Of a stretch of DNA of 64,000 nucleotides, positions 50,075-61,322 are shown in pieces. The translations under genes and the position numbers were made by a program. Source of the stretch: an uncultured Clostridia bacterium (GTDB lineage Bacteria; Bacillota; Clostridia; TANB77; CAG-508); the NCBI GenBank assembly GCA_947627185.1, contig CANQVF010000003.1:98843-162842 (forward strand). Direction: 5' to 3'. Numbering within the stretch: the stretch's first letter is position 1; each line of letters begins with the position of its first letter. The notes below the pieces were generated by a model that saw only the letters and a program-made list of their open reading frames with translations, was not told the origin of the DNA and made no database searches.

Positions 50075-50653
50075 CTAAACCTTTGTTACTTCTTTTAAAG
50101 CCATTTCTAAGGCTTTCATATTACCATCAATAACTTCTGGTTTTTTTGCAAATTTATGTTTAAAAGAACCAATCATATCTTCCAAAAAGGCTTCTTCAGA
50201 CATAATTCCACTTACTTTAACAACTGCTGCAAGCATAGGTGTATTTGGAAAATATTTTCCCAAAGTTTCCATAGAAACCTTACGGGCATCGATTTTATAT
50301 ACATCACCCGTATATCCTTTTAGAGATTTTCTTAATTCTTCTCCATCTTTAGTAGTATTGATTATAATTGCTCCATCTGATTTTAATCCTGCTGTTACAT
50401 CAACTGCATCTAAAAGAGTATCATCAACAACTACAACAAAATCTGGTTCATAAATGTTTGAATGAACTGTTATTGGTGTATCACTAATACGGTTGTAAGC
50501 TGTAATAGGAGCACCCATTCTTTCTGGCCCATATTCAGGGAAACCTTGAATATATTTACCAGTATTGAAGGCTGCATCTGCTAGAAGAAGTGAAGCTGTT
50601 TTTGCACCTTGACCGCCTCTACCATGCCATCTGATTTCAATTAAATTACTCAT
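50075..50653 (-). CDS. porG: 2-oxoacid:ferredoxin oxidoreductase gamma subunit
   Basis: IRWHGRGGQGAKTAS motif; 192 aa. Confidence 0.85.
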   Translation of the reverse strand: MSNLIEIRWHGRGGQGAKTASLLLADAAFNTGKYIQGFPEYGPERMGAPITAYNRISDTPITVHSNIYEPDFVVVVDDTLLDAVDVTAGLKSDGAIIINTTKDGEELRKSLKGYTGDVYKIDARKVSMETLGKYFPNTPMLAAVVKVSGIMSEEAFLEDMIGSFKHKFAKKPEVIDGNMKALEMALKEVTKV

Positions 50654-50902
50654 AGTAACCTCCTATTAAAATTTTGTTTATGTGAAAATTATATTGATTA
50701 AATTTTGTATTTACAGTATATATTTTTTAAAAATTAAAGTCAATATAGAAGTGCGTAGTTTAATAAAATTTATTACAATTATATTTTAAAAATATTACAA
50801 AAATATGTCATAATTCATTGACTTTTGATTAAAAAAAATATAAGATATATTTGTTTAAAATGATGACTAAGTGATAATAGATTTATTTAAGGAGGAAATT
50901 TG

Positions 50903-51697
50903 ATGGGAGAAGTTATCGTTATTACATCAGGAAAAGGTGGCGTCGGTAAAACAACAACAACAGCAAATTTAGGCTCAGCTTTAGCTTTAGCAGGAAAAAA
51001 AGTAGCTTTAGTAGATACTGATATTGGACTTAGAAATTTAGATGTTGTTTTAGGACTTGAAAATAGAATAGTATATGATTTAGTAGATGTTATAGAAGAA
51101 AAATGTAAATTAAGACAAGCTTTAATTAAAGATAAAAGATTTAAAGAACTTTTCTTGCTTCCAGCAGCACAAACAAAAGATAAAACAGCTATAAATGAAG
51201 AGCAAATAAGAGGTTTAATACAAAAGTTAAAGGAAGATTTTGATTATGTTTTAATTGATTGTCCAGCAGGAATAGAACAAGGATTTAAAAACGCAATTGC
51301 AGGTGCAGATAGAGCGTTAGTTGTTACTACTGCTGAAATTTCTGCTATTAGAGATGCAGATAGAATTATTGGATTATTAGAATCATCAGAAATAAAAAAT
51401 CCAGAATTAATTGTTAATAGATTAAGACCATCAATGGTAAAAAGAGGAGAAATGATGGATGTAAATGATATTGTAGATTTATTAGCAATTGATTTAATAG
51501 GTGTTGTACCAGATGATGAAAATGTTATAACCCAAACTAATAAAGGAGAGCCTGTAATTTCAAATAAAAAAGCTCCTTCAGGAAAAGCATACATAGAAAT
51601 ATCTAGGAGAATTTTAGGAGAAAATATAGAAATTACTGTACCTGGAAGAGAAAAAGGATTCTGGGCAGGTTTAAGAAGATTATTTGGAATAGCATAA
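50903..51697 (+). CDS. minD: septum site-determining ATPase MinD
   Basis: Deviant Walker A SGKGGVGKTT; C-terminal amphipathic helix (GFWAGLRRLFG). Confidence 0.95.
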   Translation: MGEVIVITSGKGGVGKTTTTANLGSALALAGKKVALVDTDIGLRNLDVVLGLENRIVYDLVDVIEEKCKLRQALIKDKRFKELFLLPAAQTKDKTAINEEQIRGLIQKLKEDFDYVLIDCPAGIEQGFKNAIAGADRALVVTTAEISAIRDADRIIGLLESSEIKNPELIVNRLRPSMVKRGEMMDVNDIVDLLAIDLIGVVPDDENVITQTNKGEPVISNKKAPSGKAYIEISRRILGENIEITVPGREKGFWAGLRRLFGIA

Positions 51698-51723
51698 ACA
51701 AAAGTTGGAGGTAAGATAAAAAA

Positions 51724-52410
51724 ATGTTTGAAAATTTAGGTCATTTTTTTAAAAGAATGGTAAAAACAGAGCAACAAAAAGAATTAGGTTCAAAAGATGC
51801 TGCAAAGGAAAGATTACATTTAGTTTTAATGCAAGATAGAGCTAATGTATCAGCAGATTTTTTAGAATTAATGAAACAAGAAATTATAGATGTAATAAAA
51901 AAATATATTGTAGTAGATGAAGATTTAATAGATGTTAGACTTACAAATCAACCAAATGAAGATGGAACAAATGGAGCACCAGCATTATATGCAAATATAC
52001 CTATAGTTAATATAAAAAACGATATGATGGCTGAAAAAATTAAAGATTATGCAGGAATAGATTTTAATAAAGAAATGGGATTACCTACATATGAAGGAGA
52101 ACCAAAAGAAAAATTAGAAGTTCCTAGTGTAATTGAACTTTCTGATAATTATGAAAAATCTCAAGAAGAAGTAAAAGAGGTTTTTGAAGAAGTAGATGAA
52201 GATGACGATGATGTTACTTTTGATGATTTATTAAAAGCAGCTGAAGAAGCTGAGAAAAACGAAAAAGAAAAAAAAGAGCAAGAATCAAAAAACGAAAATA
52301 CTGAAAATAATGAAGAAAATGAAGAGAATAGAGATAATAAAGATGATGATTCAAAATCTAAAAATAAATTAGAGAAAAAAACAAAAGATAAACAGAAGAA
52401 GAATGATTAG
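51724..52410 (+). CDS. minE: cell division topological specificity factor MinE with ~140-aa acidic/lysine-rich C-terminal extension
   Basis: N-terminal ~85 aa match MinE (KERLHLVLMQDR...IDVRL); remainder low-complexity E/D/K/N-rich. Confidence 0.7.
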   Translation: MFENLGHFFKRMVKTEQQKELGSKDAAKERLHLVLMQDRANVSADFLELMKQEIIDVIKKYIVVDEDLIDVRLTNQPNEDGTNGAPALYANIPIVNIKNDMMAEKIKDYAGIDFNKEMGLPTYEGEPKEKLEVPSVIELSDNYEKSQEEVKEVFEEVDEDDDDVTFDDLLKAAEEAEKNEKEKKEQESKNENTENNEENEENRDNKDDDSKSKNKLEKKTKDKQKKND

Positions 52411-52422
52411 GGAGTATTTTTA

Positions 52423-53529
52423 ATGGGAAAAAAATTACTTAAAAATACAGAATGGTCAATACTTGTTGTAACTGTAATTTTAACAATAATTGGATTAATA
52501 GCATTATTCTCAGCAACACAAAGTACAGAATATGAAGAATTTGGAAAACAAGTAAAGTGGGTATTAATTAGTATACCATTCTTAGTTTTAATTTCATTAA
52601 TAGATTATAATATAGTAGTTAGATTTTCTACATTAGCATATATAGTTATTATTGGATTACTTATTGGTGTGTTATTTACAGAACCTATAAGTGGTGCGAG
52701 AAGTTGGTATAAGTTAGGTGAACAAGCTGCTTTTCAACCTTCTGAATTAGGTAAAGTAATAACAATTTTATTTTTAGCATTTTTAATAAATAAAATGCAA
52801 ATTAAAGGAAGAAAAGAAATAAATAAAATTTGGAAATTAGGAATAGTAATGTTTTTTGCTATTATACCAGTATTTTTAATAGTAAAAGAACCAGATTATG
52901 GAACTGCTCTTGCATATATTACTGCAATTATTTTTATGATTTTTACATCAGGAATCAATAAAAAATATATAATTGGAACTTTAATTATAATTGTAATAAT
53001 TATACCAATAGTATATACAAAATTACCACCACATGCTTTAGCGAGAATTAATAGTTTTTTACATCAAGAAAATGATTTAAGAAATACAAATTACAATTTA
53101 AATCAATCAAAACTTGCAATAGGAGCTGGAGAAATTTTTGGAATGGGATTATTTAAAGGTAATCAAACGCAATTAGGTTTTTTACATCCCAAAACAACAG
53201 ACTTTATATTTTCTGTTATAGGTGAAGAGATGGGATTTGTAGCTACAGGAACTATTACAATCTTATACATAGTTCTAGTTACCAAATCAATATATATAGC
53301 CAAAACTGCTAAAGATAATGTAGGTTCATATATAGCAATAGGAATAGCGGGGATATTTTTCTTCCATATGTTAGAAAATATAGGAATGACAATTGGATTA
53401 TTACCAATAACTGGTGTGCCATTACCTTTTGTAAGTTATGGTGGTAGCTCAATGATTACTAATTTCATTTGTATAGGATTACTATTAAATATTAGTAGTA
53501 GAAGACAAAAAGCAATTTTTGTAGAGTAA
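52423..53529 (+). CDS. rodA: SEDS family peptidoglycan glycosyltransferase (RodA/FtsW)
   Basis: 10-TM FtsW/RodA fold; PLPFVSYGGSS C-terminal motif. Confidence 0.85.
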   Translation: MGKKLLKNTEWSILVVTVILTIIGLIALFSATQSTEYEEFGKQVKWVLISIPFLVLISLIDYNIVVRFSTLAYIVIIGLLIGVLFTEPISGARSWYKLGEQAAFQPSELGKVITILFLAFLINKMQIKGRKEINKIWKLGIVMFFAIIPVFLIVKEPDYGTALAYITAIIFMIFTSGINKKYIIGTLIIIVIIIPIVYTKLPPHALARINSFLHQENDLRNTNYNLNQSKLAIGAGEIFGMGLFKGNQTQLGFLHPKTTDFIFSVIGEEMGFVATGTITILYIVLVTKSIYIAKTAKDNVGSYIAIGIAGIFFFHMLENIGMTIGLLPITGVPLPFVSYGGSSMITNFICIGLLLNISSRRQKAIFVE

Positions 53530-53631
53530 AAATTTCAAATAAAAATGAATTTATAATATGTTTTATAAATTTATTTTTATTATAAAATAAATTATTTTAC
53601 TCTAAAAAATTGCTTTTTGAAAAGGGGAAAT

Positions 53632-54612
53632 ATGTATTTAAAAAGATTAAAAATAGGAGATGTAGAATTAGAAAATAATATTATACTTGCACCAATGGCT
53701 GGAATAACAGATTTACCTTTTAGAAAAATTTGCAAAAAGTATGGAAATCCTGGTTTAGTATGTAATGAAATGGTAAGTAGCAAGGCTATTTGCTATAAAG
53801 ATGAAAAAACACTTAATATGATAGGAACAAAAGGTGAAAAAAAACCAATTTCTATGCAAATTTTTGGAAGTGATCCAGAAACTATGCAAAAAGCTGGAGA
53901 ATTTATTTGTAAATTTACTGATATTTTAGATATAAATGTGGGATGTCCTGCTCCAAAAGTTGTAAAAAATGGAGATGGAAGTAGACTTTTATTAGATTTA
54001 GAATTAATAGAAAGAATAGTAAATGCAGTTGTAAAAGCTTCTACAAAACCAGTTACAGTAAAAATTAGAAAAGGATGGGATAAAGAAAATATTGTTGCAG
54101 TAGAAGTAGCTCAAATCGTAGAAAGAGCAGGTGCATCAGCAGTAATTGTTCATGGAAGAACAAGAACTGAGTTTTATTCTGGAAAAGCAGATTGGGATAT
54201 TATAAAAAAAGTAAAAGAATCTGTTAATATTCCTGTTATAGGAAATGGAGATATTAAATCAGAAGAAGATGCTTTAAAAATGTTTGAACAAACTGGTGTA
54301 GATGGAATTATGATAGGCAGAGGTTCATTAGGAAATCCTTGGATTTTTAAACAAATAAGTTATTATTTAGAAACTGGAAATAAGTTAGATTCTATTTCAA
54401 ATGAAGAAAAATATAAAGTAATTTTAGAACACTTTAATTTACTTTTAGAAGAAAAAGGAGAATATACAGCAACTAGAGAAATAAGAAAGCATATAGCTTG
54501 GTATGTGAAAGGAATGCAAAATGCAACTTCAATTAGAGAAAAAATAAATAAAGTGGAAACTAAAGAAGATTTTGAAAAAAATCTACAAGAATTTTTTGAA
54601 ATAAATAATTAA
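53632..54612 (+). CDS. dusB: tRNA-dihydrouridine synthase
   Basis: LAPMAGITD...NVGCP Dus motifs; ATG after AAGGGG. Confidence 0.85.
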   Translation: MYLKRLKIGDVELENNIILAPMAGITDLPFRKICKKYGNPGLVCNEMVSSKAICYKDEKTLNMIGTKGEKKPISMQIFGSDPETMQKAGEFICKFTDILDINVGCPAPKVVKNGDGSRLLLDLELIERIVNAVVKASTKPVTVKIRKGWDKENIVAVEVAQIVERAGASAVIVHGRTRTEFYSGKADWDIIKKVKESVNIPVIGNGDIKSEEDALKMFEQTGVDGIMIGRGSLGNPWIFKQISYYLETGNKLDSISNEEKYKVILEHFNLLLEEKGEYTATREIRKHIAWYVKGMQNATSIREKINKVETKEDFEKNLQEFFEINN

Positions 54613-54747
54613 ATTATTTAAAATTATAAAATAGTTAGTTTTAAACTAATAAAGAAATTGTCACTTATTTTAAGGTGGCATTTTTTTATTTTTGTCATAT
54701 ATAAAAAAAATCATAATAGACTTTAGTATAAAAATATTTAGCGAATT

Positions 54748-55359
54748 TTGAGGTGGACAATGAATTTAAAAAAGCTTTTGTTTATTTTTGTTTTAATTTG
54801 TATTATAATTTTTTCTATTTTATATTATATTTTTTCTAATTTAGGTAATAATAAAAGTATAAATCAAGAAGAATTTGTTGATAATATTTTAAATAAGTTT
54901 CAAGAATACGAAGCAAATGTAGATATATTAGTTTTAAGTAATAAAACACAAAATAATTACAATATGAATCAAATAGTAAATAAAGATAGTAGTAAGTTTA
55001 TTGTTAATAGTCCAGAAAATATAAAAAATATGACTGTAGAAATTAACAATAATATTTTAAAAATAACAAATACAAAAATAAATATGGAAAAAGTTTATGA
55101 AAATTATGGAAATGTTTTAAATAATAATTTATTTTTAAATACTTTTATAAATGATTATGAAAATAATGATTCAAAAGAATATGAAAAAAATGATGAGATA
55201 ATTTTAGAAACAAAATTAAACAATAATAATGATACATATATAAAATTTAAAGAATTGCATTTAGATAAAGTAACAGGTCTTCCAAAAGAGTTAATAATAA
55301 AAGATAATACCAAAAAAACTTGTATAAGCATAAAATATAATGATATAAAAATTAAATAA
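54748..55359 (+). CDS. hypothetical membrane-anchored N/K-rich protein
   Basis: N-terminal TM; 203 aa. Confidence 0.35.
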   Translation: MRWTMNLKKLLFIFVLICIIIFSILYYIFSNLGNNKSINQEEFVDNILNKFQEYEANVDILVLSNKTQNNYNMNQIVNKDSSKFIVNSPENIKNMTVEINNNILKITNTKINMEKVYENYGNVLNNNLFLNTFINDYENNDSKEYEKNDEIILETKLNNNNDTYIKFKELHLDKVTGLPKELIIKDNTKKTCISIKYNDIKIK

Positions 55360-55413
55360 TTTTAATTATCAACAATTCTATTCTATATGTTAAATATAAT
55401 AGGAGTGAAAAAA

Positions 55414-55764
55414 ATGGTAATAAAAAGAGGAGACATGTTTTATGCAGATTTAAGTCCAGTTGTAGGTTCAGAGCAAGGAGGTATTAGACCGGTTTTAATT
55501 ATACAAAATGATACTGGAAATAAATATAGTCCAACAGTAATAGCAGCTGCAATTACCTCGCAAACAGGTAAAAATAAATTACCTACTCATATAGAAATAG
55601 GATCAGAAAATAACGGTTTAAAATCGGATTCTGTAGTTCTAACGGAACAAATAAGAACTATAGATAAAAGTAGACTAAAAGAAAAAATAGGACATATAGA
55701 TGACAACGGAGTTATGAGTAAGGTTAATAGTGCTATAGGTATAAGTTTTGGATTGGACAATTAA
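55414..55764 (+). CDS. mazF: MazF/PemK-family mRNA interferase (EndoA-like toxin)
   Basis: [32 protein letters not shown]...TSQ motif nearly identical to EndoA; AGGAG RBS. Confidence 0.85.
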   Translation: MVIKRGDMFYADLSPVVGSEQGGIRPVLIIQNDTGNKYSPTVIAAAITSQTGKNKLPTHIEIGSENNGLKSDSVVLTEQIRTIDKSRLKEKIGHIDDNGVMSKVNSAIGISFGLDN

Positions 55765-55867
55765 TATAAAAGGATTTGAAATTAGACTTTAATTTTCAAA
55801 TCCTTGATTTTTTATTTATTCATTGATAATATTAGTAATATAAATTTACGAAGGGATATACAAATAT

Positions 55868-56728
55868 ATGAATTTTATAAAATACCAATCAAAACAAGAA
55901 TTTTTAGACAAAAATTTAGAAATTCTTTTAAAAGAAGAAGCAAAAAATGAGATAATGATAGGTATTATTTTAGAACATTCTGAAGAAAAAGTTAACAATT
56001 GGTTATTAGCTAGAATAGAAAATAATAATAAAGTAGAAGCAATTTTTATTGTTGATGATGACAAACAAGGTCTGTTATTATATGTACCAGATAAATTATT
56101 AAAAGATGAAACAGCTAATTTTTTAGTTGATAATATAATTAAATTGAATGTTGAATTAAAGGAAATTTTAACAACAAAAGAGAATTCTAAAATGATAGCA
56201 AAAATTTATGGTGAAAAAGCTAATAAAAAAATTCAAGAATATGAAAATACGTATATATTTAGATTCGATAAATTTAATGAGGAACATATTTTAAACTTAG
56301 GAGAAAAAATAGAAAAGATAGAATCTTATAATAATTTAGATGTTTTAAAAGAACTAGTAAAAGAAATGTATTTATATACTTATTGTGTAAAAGATTGTTC
56401 TGAGGAAAGAGCAGAAAATGTTGTAAAAATTTTTATAAAAAAAGGTTTATATGTTTTAAAAAACCCAAATGGTGATATTGTTTGTCAAGCAGTTACTGTA
56501 AGAAAACAGATAAATGGTTGTGCTATAGGTGGAGTAATCACATTAAAAAAGCATAGAGGAAATGGATATGCCAAAAGATGTGTTTATGCATTATGTGAAA
56601 AATTATTAAAACAAGGATATAAATTTGTTGTTTTACATGTAGATTCCAAAAATGAAATTGCTATTTCTGTTTATAATAAAATAGGATTTGTGCAAATTGA
56701 TGAAACAGAGAAAATTCTTTTTATATAA
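55868..56728 (+). CDS. protein with C-terminal GNAT acetyltransferase domain
   Basis: C-terminal CAIGGVITLKKHRGNGYAK...VLHVDSKNEIAISVYNKIGF. Confidence 0.5.
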   Translation: MNFIKYQSKQEFLDKNLEILLKEEAKNEIMIGIILEHSEEKVNNWLLARIENNNKVEAIFIVDDDKQGLLLYVPDKLLKDETANFLVDNIIKLNVELKEILTTKENSKMIAKIYGEKANKKIQEYENTYIFRFDKFNEEHILNLGEKIEKIESYNNLDVLKELVKEMYLYTYCVKDCSEERAENVVKIFIKKGLYVLKNPNGDIVCQAVTVRKQINGCAIGGVITLKKHRGNGYAKRCVYALCEKLLKQGYKFVVLHVDSKNEIAISVYNKIGFVQIDETEKILFI

Positions 56729-56812
56729 ATAATAAGCTACTACTATTGAAAAAATGCTTATAATTTTGTATAATACAAAAAGTTAATATAATAAAAATAT
56801 TGGAGGAAAATT

Positions 56813-58204
56813 ATGGATAATATACTAATAAGAAAACTATATAGAAATTCAGAAGAATATTATTCAAAAGATGTACAAGTTTCTGGATGGGTTAGAACTG
56901 TTAGAGATTCTAAAACTTTTGGATTTATAGAAATAAATGATGGATCATTTTTTAAAAATTTGCAAATTGTTTTTGATAATACTTTAGAAAATTTCGAAGA
57001 CATATGCAAATTAACATTAAGTTCATCAATAATAGTTACAGGAACAGTTGTAAAAACAGAAAATGCAAAGCAACCATTCGAAATAAAAGCAAAAGAAGTA
57101 AAATTAGTTGCTCTATCAGATCCAGAATATCCTTTACAAAAGAAAAGACATACAATGGAATATTTAAGAACAATAGCTCATTTAAGACCAAGAACAAATA
57201 CTTTTAATGCAGTATTTAGAGTTCGTTCAGTTTTATCTTATGCTATACATAAATTTTTTCAAGAAAGAGATTTTGTATATGTTCATACACCAATAATCAC
57301 AGGAAGTGATGCAGAAGGTGCAGGTGAAATGTTTAATTTAAACACTTTTGATTTAAAAAATGTTGATAAATTAGAAAATGGAGATGTAGATTTTTCAAAA
57401 GATTTTTTCGGAAAACCAGCACATCTTACAGTTAGTGGGCAATTAAATGCTGAAACATATGCTCTTGCTTTTAGAAATGTGTATACATTTGGACCAACAT
57501 TTAGAGCAGAAAATTCAAATACTGTAAAACATGCAGCTGAATTTTGGATGATTGAGCCTGAAATAAGTTTTGCAGATTTAAAAGATGATATGGATTTAGC
57601 AGAAGATATGCTAAAATTTGTAATAAAATATGTTTTAGAAAATTGTCCAGAAGAAATGGAATTTTTCAATAATTTTATAGATAAAACATTACTAGAAAGA
57701 TTAAATAATGTTGTTAATTCTGATTTTGGCAGAATAACATATACAGAAGCAATAAAAGAATTAGAAAAACATAATGATGAATTTGAATATAAAGTTTCTT
57801 GGGGAGTAGATCTTCAAACAGAACATGAAAGATATTTAAGTGAAAAAATATTTAAAAAGCCAGTTTTTGTTACAGACTATCCAGCAGAAATAAAAGCATT
57901 TTATATGAAATTAAATCCAGATGGAAAAACAGTTGCTGCAACAGATCTTTTGGCTCCTGGAATTGGTGAAATAATAGGTGGTAGTCAAAGAGAAGATAGT
58001 TTAGAAAAATTGCAAAATAAAATAAAAGAATTAAAAATGGATGAAAAAGATTATTGGTGGTATATAGATTTAAGAAAATATGGAAGTGTACCACACAGTG
58101 GATTCGGATTAGGATTTGAAAGATTAATGATGTATATTACAGGTATGCAAAATATTAGAGATGTTATTCCATTTCCAAGAACACCAAAAAATTGTGAATT
58201 TTAA
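56813..58204 (+). CDS. asnS: asparagine--tRNA ligase
   Basis: Class II motifs ([18 protein letters not shown]); 463 aa. Confidence 0.95.
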   Translation: MDNILIRKLYRNSEEYYSKDVQVSGWVRTVRDSKTFGFIEINDGSFFKNLQIVFDNTLENFEDICKLTLSSSIIVTGTVVKTENAKQPFEIKAKEVKLVALSDPEYPLQKKRHTMEYLRTIAHLRPRTNTFNAVFRVRSVLSYAIHKFFQERDFVYVHTPIITGSDAEGAGEMFNLNTFDLKNVDKLENGDVDFSKDFFGKPAHLTVSGQLNAETYALAFRNVYTFGPTFRAENSNTVKHAAEFWMIEPEISFADLKDDMDLAEDMLKFVIKYVLENCPEEMEFFNNFIDKTLLERLNNVVNSDFGRITYTEAIKELEKHNDEFEYKVSWGVDLQTEHERYLSEKIFKKPVFVTDYPAEIKAFYMKLNPDGKTVAATDLLAPGIGEIIGGSQREDSLEKLQNKIKELKMDEKDYWWYIDLRKYGSVPHSGFGLGFERLMMYITGMQNIRDVIPFPRTPKNCEF

Positions 58205-58408
58205 GTTAAAACAAAAAAATTATAGTTATATTGTAATGAACCTAAATTGTTAGAAAAAAGTTTAACAATTTGGGTTCATTTCACTTTATAAGTTTTTTAT
58301 CAAAATAAAATTATTATACATTTAGTAAAATTTTATAATTTTATTGAAACAATATATTAATTTTGATAACATATAAATGTATTAATTAATAAAAATTGGG
58401 GTAATAAT

Positions 58409-59635
58409 ATGAAAAAAAATTTTATTTTTAAAAGTATTATAATACTAATATTGCTTATTATTTTATGCTTTATAGCAATTATTTTTTCTCATAAAGTTTA
58501 TGCACCTGAAAATGAAACAAATAATCAAATGATTGAAAATGTTGAAAATGAAAATACGCAAAATGTTTTAGAAACAGAAAAAGTTGTAGTACCAAATGAT
58601 GAAACAATAAATATAGCTGTTATTGGCGATATTATGTGCCATAATAGTCAATATATTGATGCTTATGATAAAAATTTAGGTGATTATGATTTTTCATATA
58701 TTTTTGAAGATATAAAGCAATATATAGAACCTTGTGATTTAGCAATAGGTAATCTTGAAACTACTTTAGCAGGGAAAGAAATAGGATATGAAAGTTATCC
58801 AACTTTTAATACACCAGAACACATAGCAGAAGATTTAAAAGAATTAGGAATTGATGTATTATCAACAACAAATAATCATGCTTTGGATCAAAAATTTCTT
58901 GGAATTTCTAATACTATAGATGAATTAGATAAAGTAGGTTTATTGCATACGGGAACATTTAAAACTTTAGAAGATGCTTCAAAATTATTAGTAACAGAAG
59001 TAAAAGGAATAAAAATTGGAACAGTAGCTTACACATATGGAACTAATGGAAATCCTATACCAAAGGATAAAGAATATTGCATAAATTTAATTGATGATGA
59101 AAAAATTATTTCAGATTTACAAAATATGAAAAAAGAAAATGTAGATTTAACAATTGCAATTATGCATTGGGGAACAGAATATGAATTAACTCCAAACGAA
59201 GAACAAATAAGACTAAATAATCTTCTTATTGAAAATGGTGTAGATATTATTTTAGGTGGGCATCCTCATGTTCTTCAAAAAATGGAAAAACAAGAAATAT
59301 CATTACCTGATGGAGGTAAAAAAGATTGCTTTACAGTTTATTCTTTAGGAAATTTTATATCTGGTCAAAGAAAAGAATATACAAAGCAATCTGTTATTTT
59401 AAATTTATCTGTTACCAAACATTTTGGTGATAAGAAAAAAATATCTATAGATTCTGTAAATTATACACCAATTTATATGTTTGACAAAGGTGGAAATAAA
59501 AAGTATAAACTTTTAGATATTGAAAAAGAAATAAGTAATTTTGAAAATGGACAAAATTCAATAAATAGTAATACTTATAATATTTTGAAAACAGAATTAA
59601 GTCATATATATAGTATTTTGGGAAATGAAATATAA
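58409..59635 (+). CDS. CapA/PGA_cap family metallophosphatase-like protein (poly-gamma-glutamate/capsule associated)
   Basis: NIAVIGDIMCH...CDLAIGNLET PGA_cap motifs; N-terminal signal/anchor. Confidence 0.7.
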   Translation: MKKNFIFKSIIILILLIILCFIAIIFSHKVYAPENETNNQMIENVENENTQNVLETEKVVVPNDETINIAVIGDIMCHNSQYIDAYDKNLGDYDFSYIFEDIKQYIEPCDLAIGNLETTLAGKEIGYESYPTFNTPEHIAEDLKELGIDVLSTTNNHALDQKFLGISNTIDELDKVGLLHTGTFKTLEDASKLLVTEVKGIKIGTVAYTYGTNGNPIPKDKEYCINLIDDEKIISDLQNMKKENVDLTIAIMHWGTEYELTPNEEQIRLNNLLIENGVDIILGGHPHVLQKMEKQEISLPDGGKKDCFTVYSLGNFISGQRKEYTKQSVILNLSVTKHFGDKKKISIDSVNYTPIYMFDKGGNKKYKLLDIEKEISNFENGQNSINSNTYNILKTELSHIYSILGNEI

Positions 59636-59672
59636 ATATATTTTTATTTAATTATAAAGTAGGAGATAAATT

Positions 59673-61226
59673 ATGATTCAATTATTGTTTTCGAATGTAA
59701 CAGTTTTATTAGTATCTATAATTGCTACAATATTATTTATTGAAATATTGAAAAAAAAGAACACAGATAAAGTAATGATAAAAGCTCTATTTTTTACGTA
59801 TATAAATTTTATGATTTGCTTATGCGTAACATATCTTTTAAAATCTATTTTTAATATTAGTTATTTATTTATGTGTGTATGGATTATTTTTTCTATTGTT
59901 ACAATTATTATTTTTAAAGCACTAAAATTATATAGTCAAAAAATTGGTATATTTTTTACTATATTTATAATAAGTGTTATTTCTCTAGGATATATATCAT
60001 ATACACCTTGCTATGTTAGACAACATGATATGAGAAGCTTTGAAAATTACCAAAATGGAGGTCATTTAGGATATATTGGATACATTTTTTATAATGGTAG
60101 ATTACCAAATGTATCTCCAAAAGATTATTGGTGTTTTTATAATCCACCACTTTTTTATATAATATGTGCAATTTTTATTAAATTACAAAATTTATTTGGT
60201 GTAGAAATAGGATTATGCTTAGAAAATCTTCAAGGGCTAACTTTTATATATGTAATTGTTTTTGATATTTTTGTTTATAAAATATTAAAACAAATGAATA
60301 TAAAAAAATCTATTATATATGTTTTAAGTTTTGTTGGACTGACACCATTAATGATAATTTTATCTGGAAGTATAGGAAATGGAACATTATCTGTGATGTT
60401 ATCAACAATAGCAATATATTATACAATGAGATGGTATGATAGTGATTCTTTAAAAGATTTAATAAAAATTGCTTTTTCAATTTCTCTAGCAATTATGACA
60501 AAAATAGATTCAGCACTTATAGCAATTTTAATTGCTGTTGTATTTTTAATAAAAGTTATAAAAAATAAAAGTGAAATAAAAAAATATATAAAATATTTTT
60601 CTATTTTTGCTATTATTTCTTTGCCAATTGGACTTTGGTATCCAATAAAAAATTTAGTTTTATATGATATTCCTTTCACATATGTTCAGTCTGTTGAAAA
60701 GGATCACGAATCAAATGTTTCTAAATATTCTAATTTTGAAAGATTTTTTAAAATATCATCAGAAAATTTAAATGATATTAATATTACAATGTCTGGTGAA
60801 ACAAGAGATTATAATATACCAATAACAACATTAAAATCTGTAATTGTTGATGAAAATTTAGATTATGGTGAAAATAAATTATTAAATTTTGCAATACACT
60901 TTATATTTTATATTTCAATTTATATAGCAATTGCTTTTATAATAAATTTAGTATATATAGTAAAAAATTATAAAGAAATTAATAATGGATGGATATGGTT
61001 TTTTATTGGTCTATTGTTAATTGAAATTTTTTCATATTTACAATTTTGCTTTAAATTTCCTTTTGTTTTTACAATGAATTTTAGATATATAATTCCAACA
61101 TTAATTTCATTTGCAGTTTTAACAGGTATTGCTTGTGAAAATAATAAAATAATATTTAATATAAATAAAATATTATTAACTACATTTTCTTTATTATCAA
61201 TAATTATATTTTTGCTAATAAAATAA
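59673..61226 (+). CDS. large polytopic membrane protein, possible lipid-linked glycosyltransferase-like (GT39/ArnT-type topology)
   Basis: >12 TM helices; 517 aa; assignment by topology only. Confidence 0.3.
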   Translation: MIQLLFSNVTVLLVSIIATILFIEILKKKNTDKVMIKALFFTYINFMICLCVTYLLKSIFNISYLFMCVWIIFSIVTIIIFKALKLYSQKIGIFFTIFIISVISLGYISYTPCYVRQHDMRSFENYQNGGHLGYIGYIFYNGRLPNVSPKDYWCFYNPPLFYIICAIFIKLQNLFGVEIGLCLENLQGLTFIYVIVFDIFVYKILKQMNIKKSIIYVLSFVGLTPLMIILSGSIGNGTLSVMLSTIAIYYTMRWYDSDSLKDLIKIAFSISLAIMTKIDSALIAILIAVVFLIKVIKNKSEIKKYIKYFSIFAIISLPIGLWYPIKNLVLYDIPFTYVQSVEKDHESNVSKYSNFERFFKISSENLNDINITMSGETRDYNIPITTLKSVIVDENLDYGENKLLNFAIHFIFYISIYIAIAFIINLVYIVKNYKEINNGWIWFFIGLLLIEIFSYLQFCFKFPFVFTMNFRYIIPTLISFAVLTGIACENNKIIFNINKILLTTFSLLSIIIFLLIK

Positions 61227-61322
61227 AATGTAAGCTAAAGTTGACAAATTTCAAGTGTAAAATGGTAGAAATTAATAGTGAATTTTATTAAAATATAATT
61301 ATAAATTATATTTAGAAGGCAG

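Noticed and set aside
56729-56812. Possible T-box leader upstream of asnS
   Set aside because: The intergenic region is only ~85 nt and lacks a specifier/T-box terminator-antiterminator structure.
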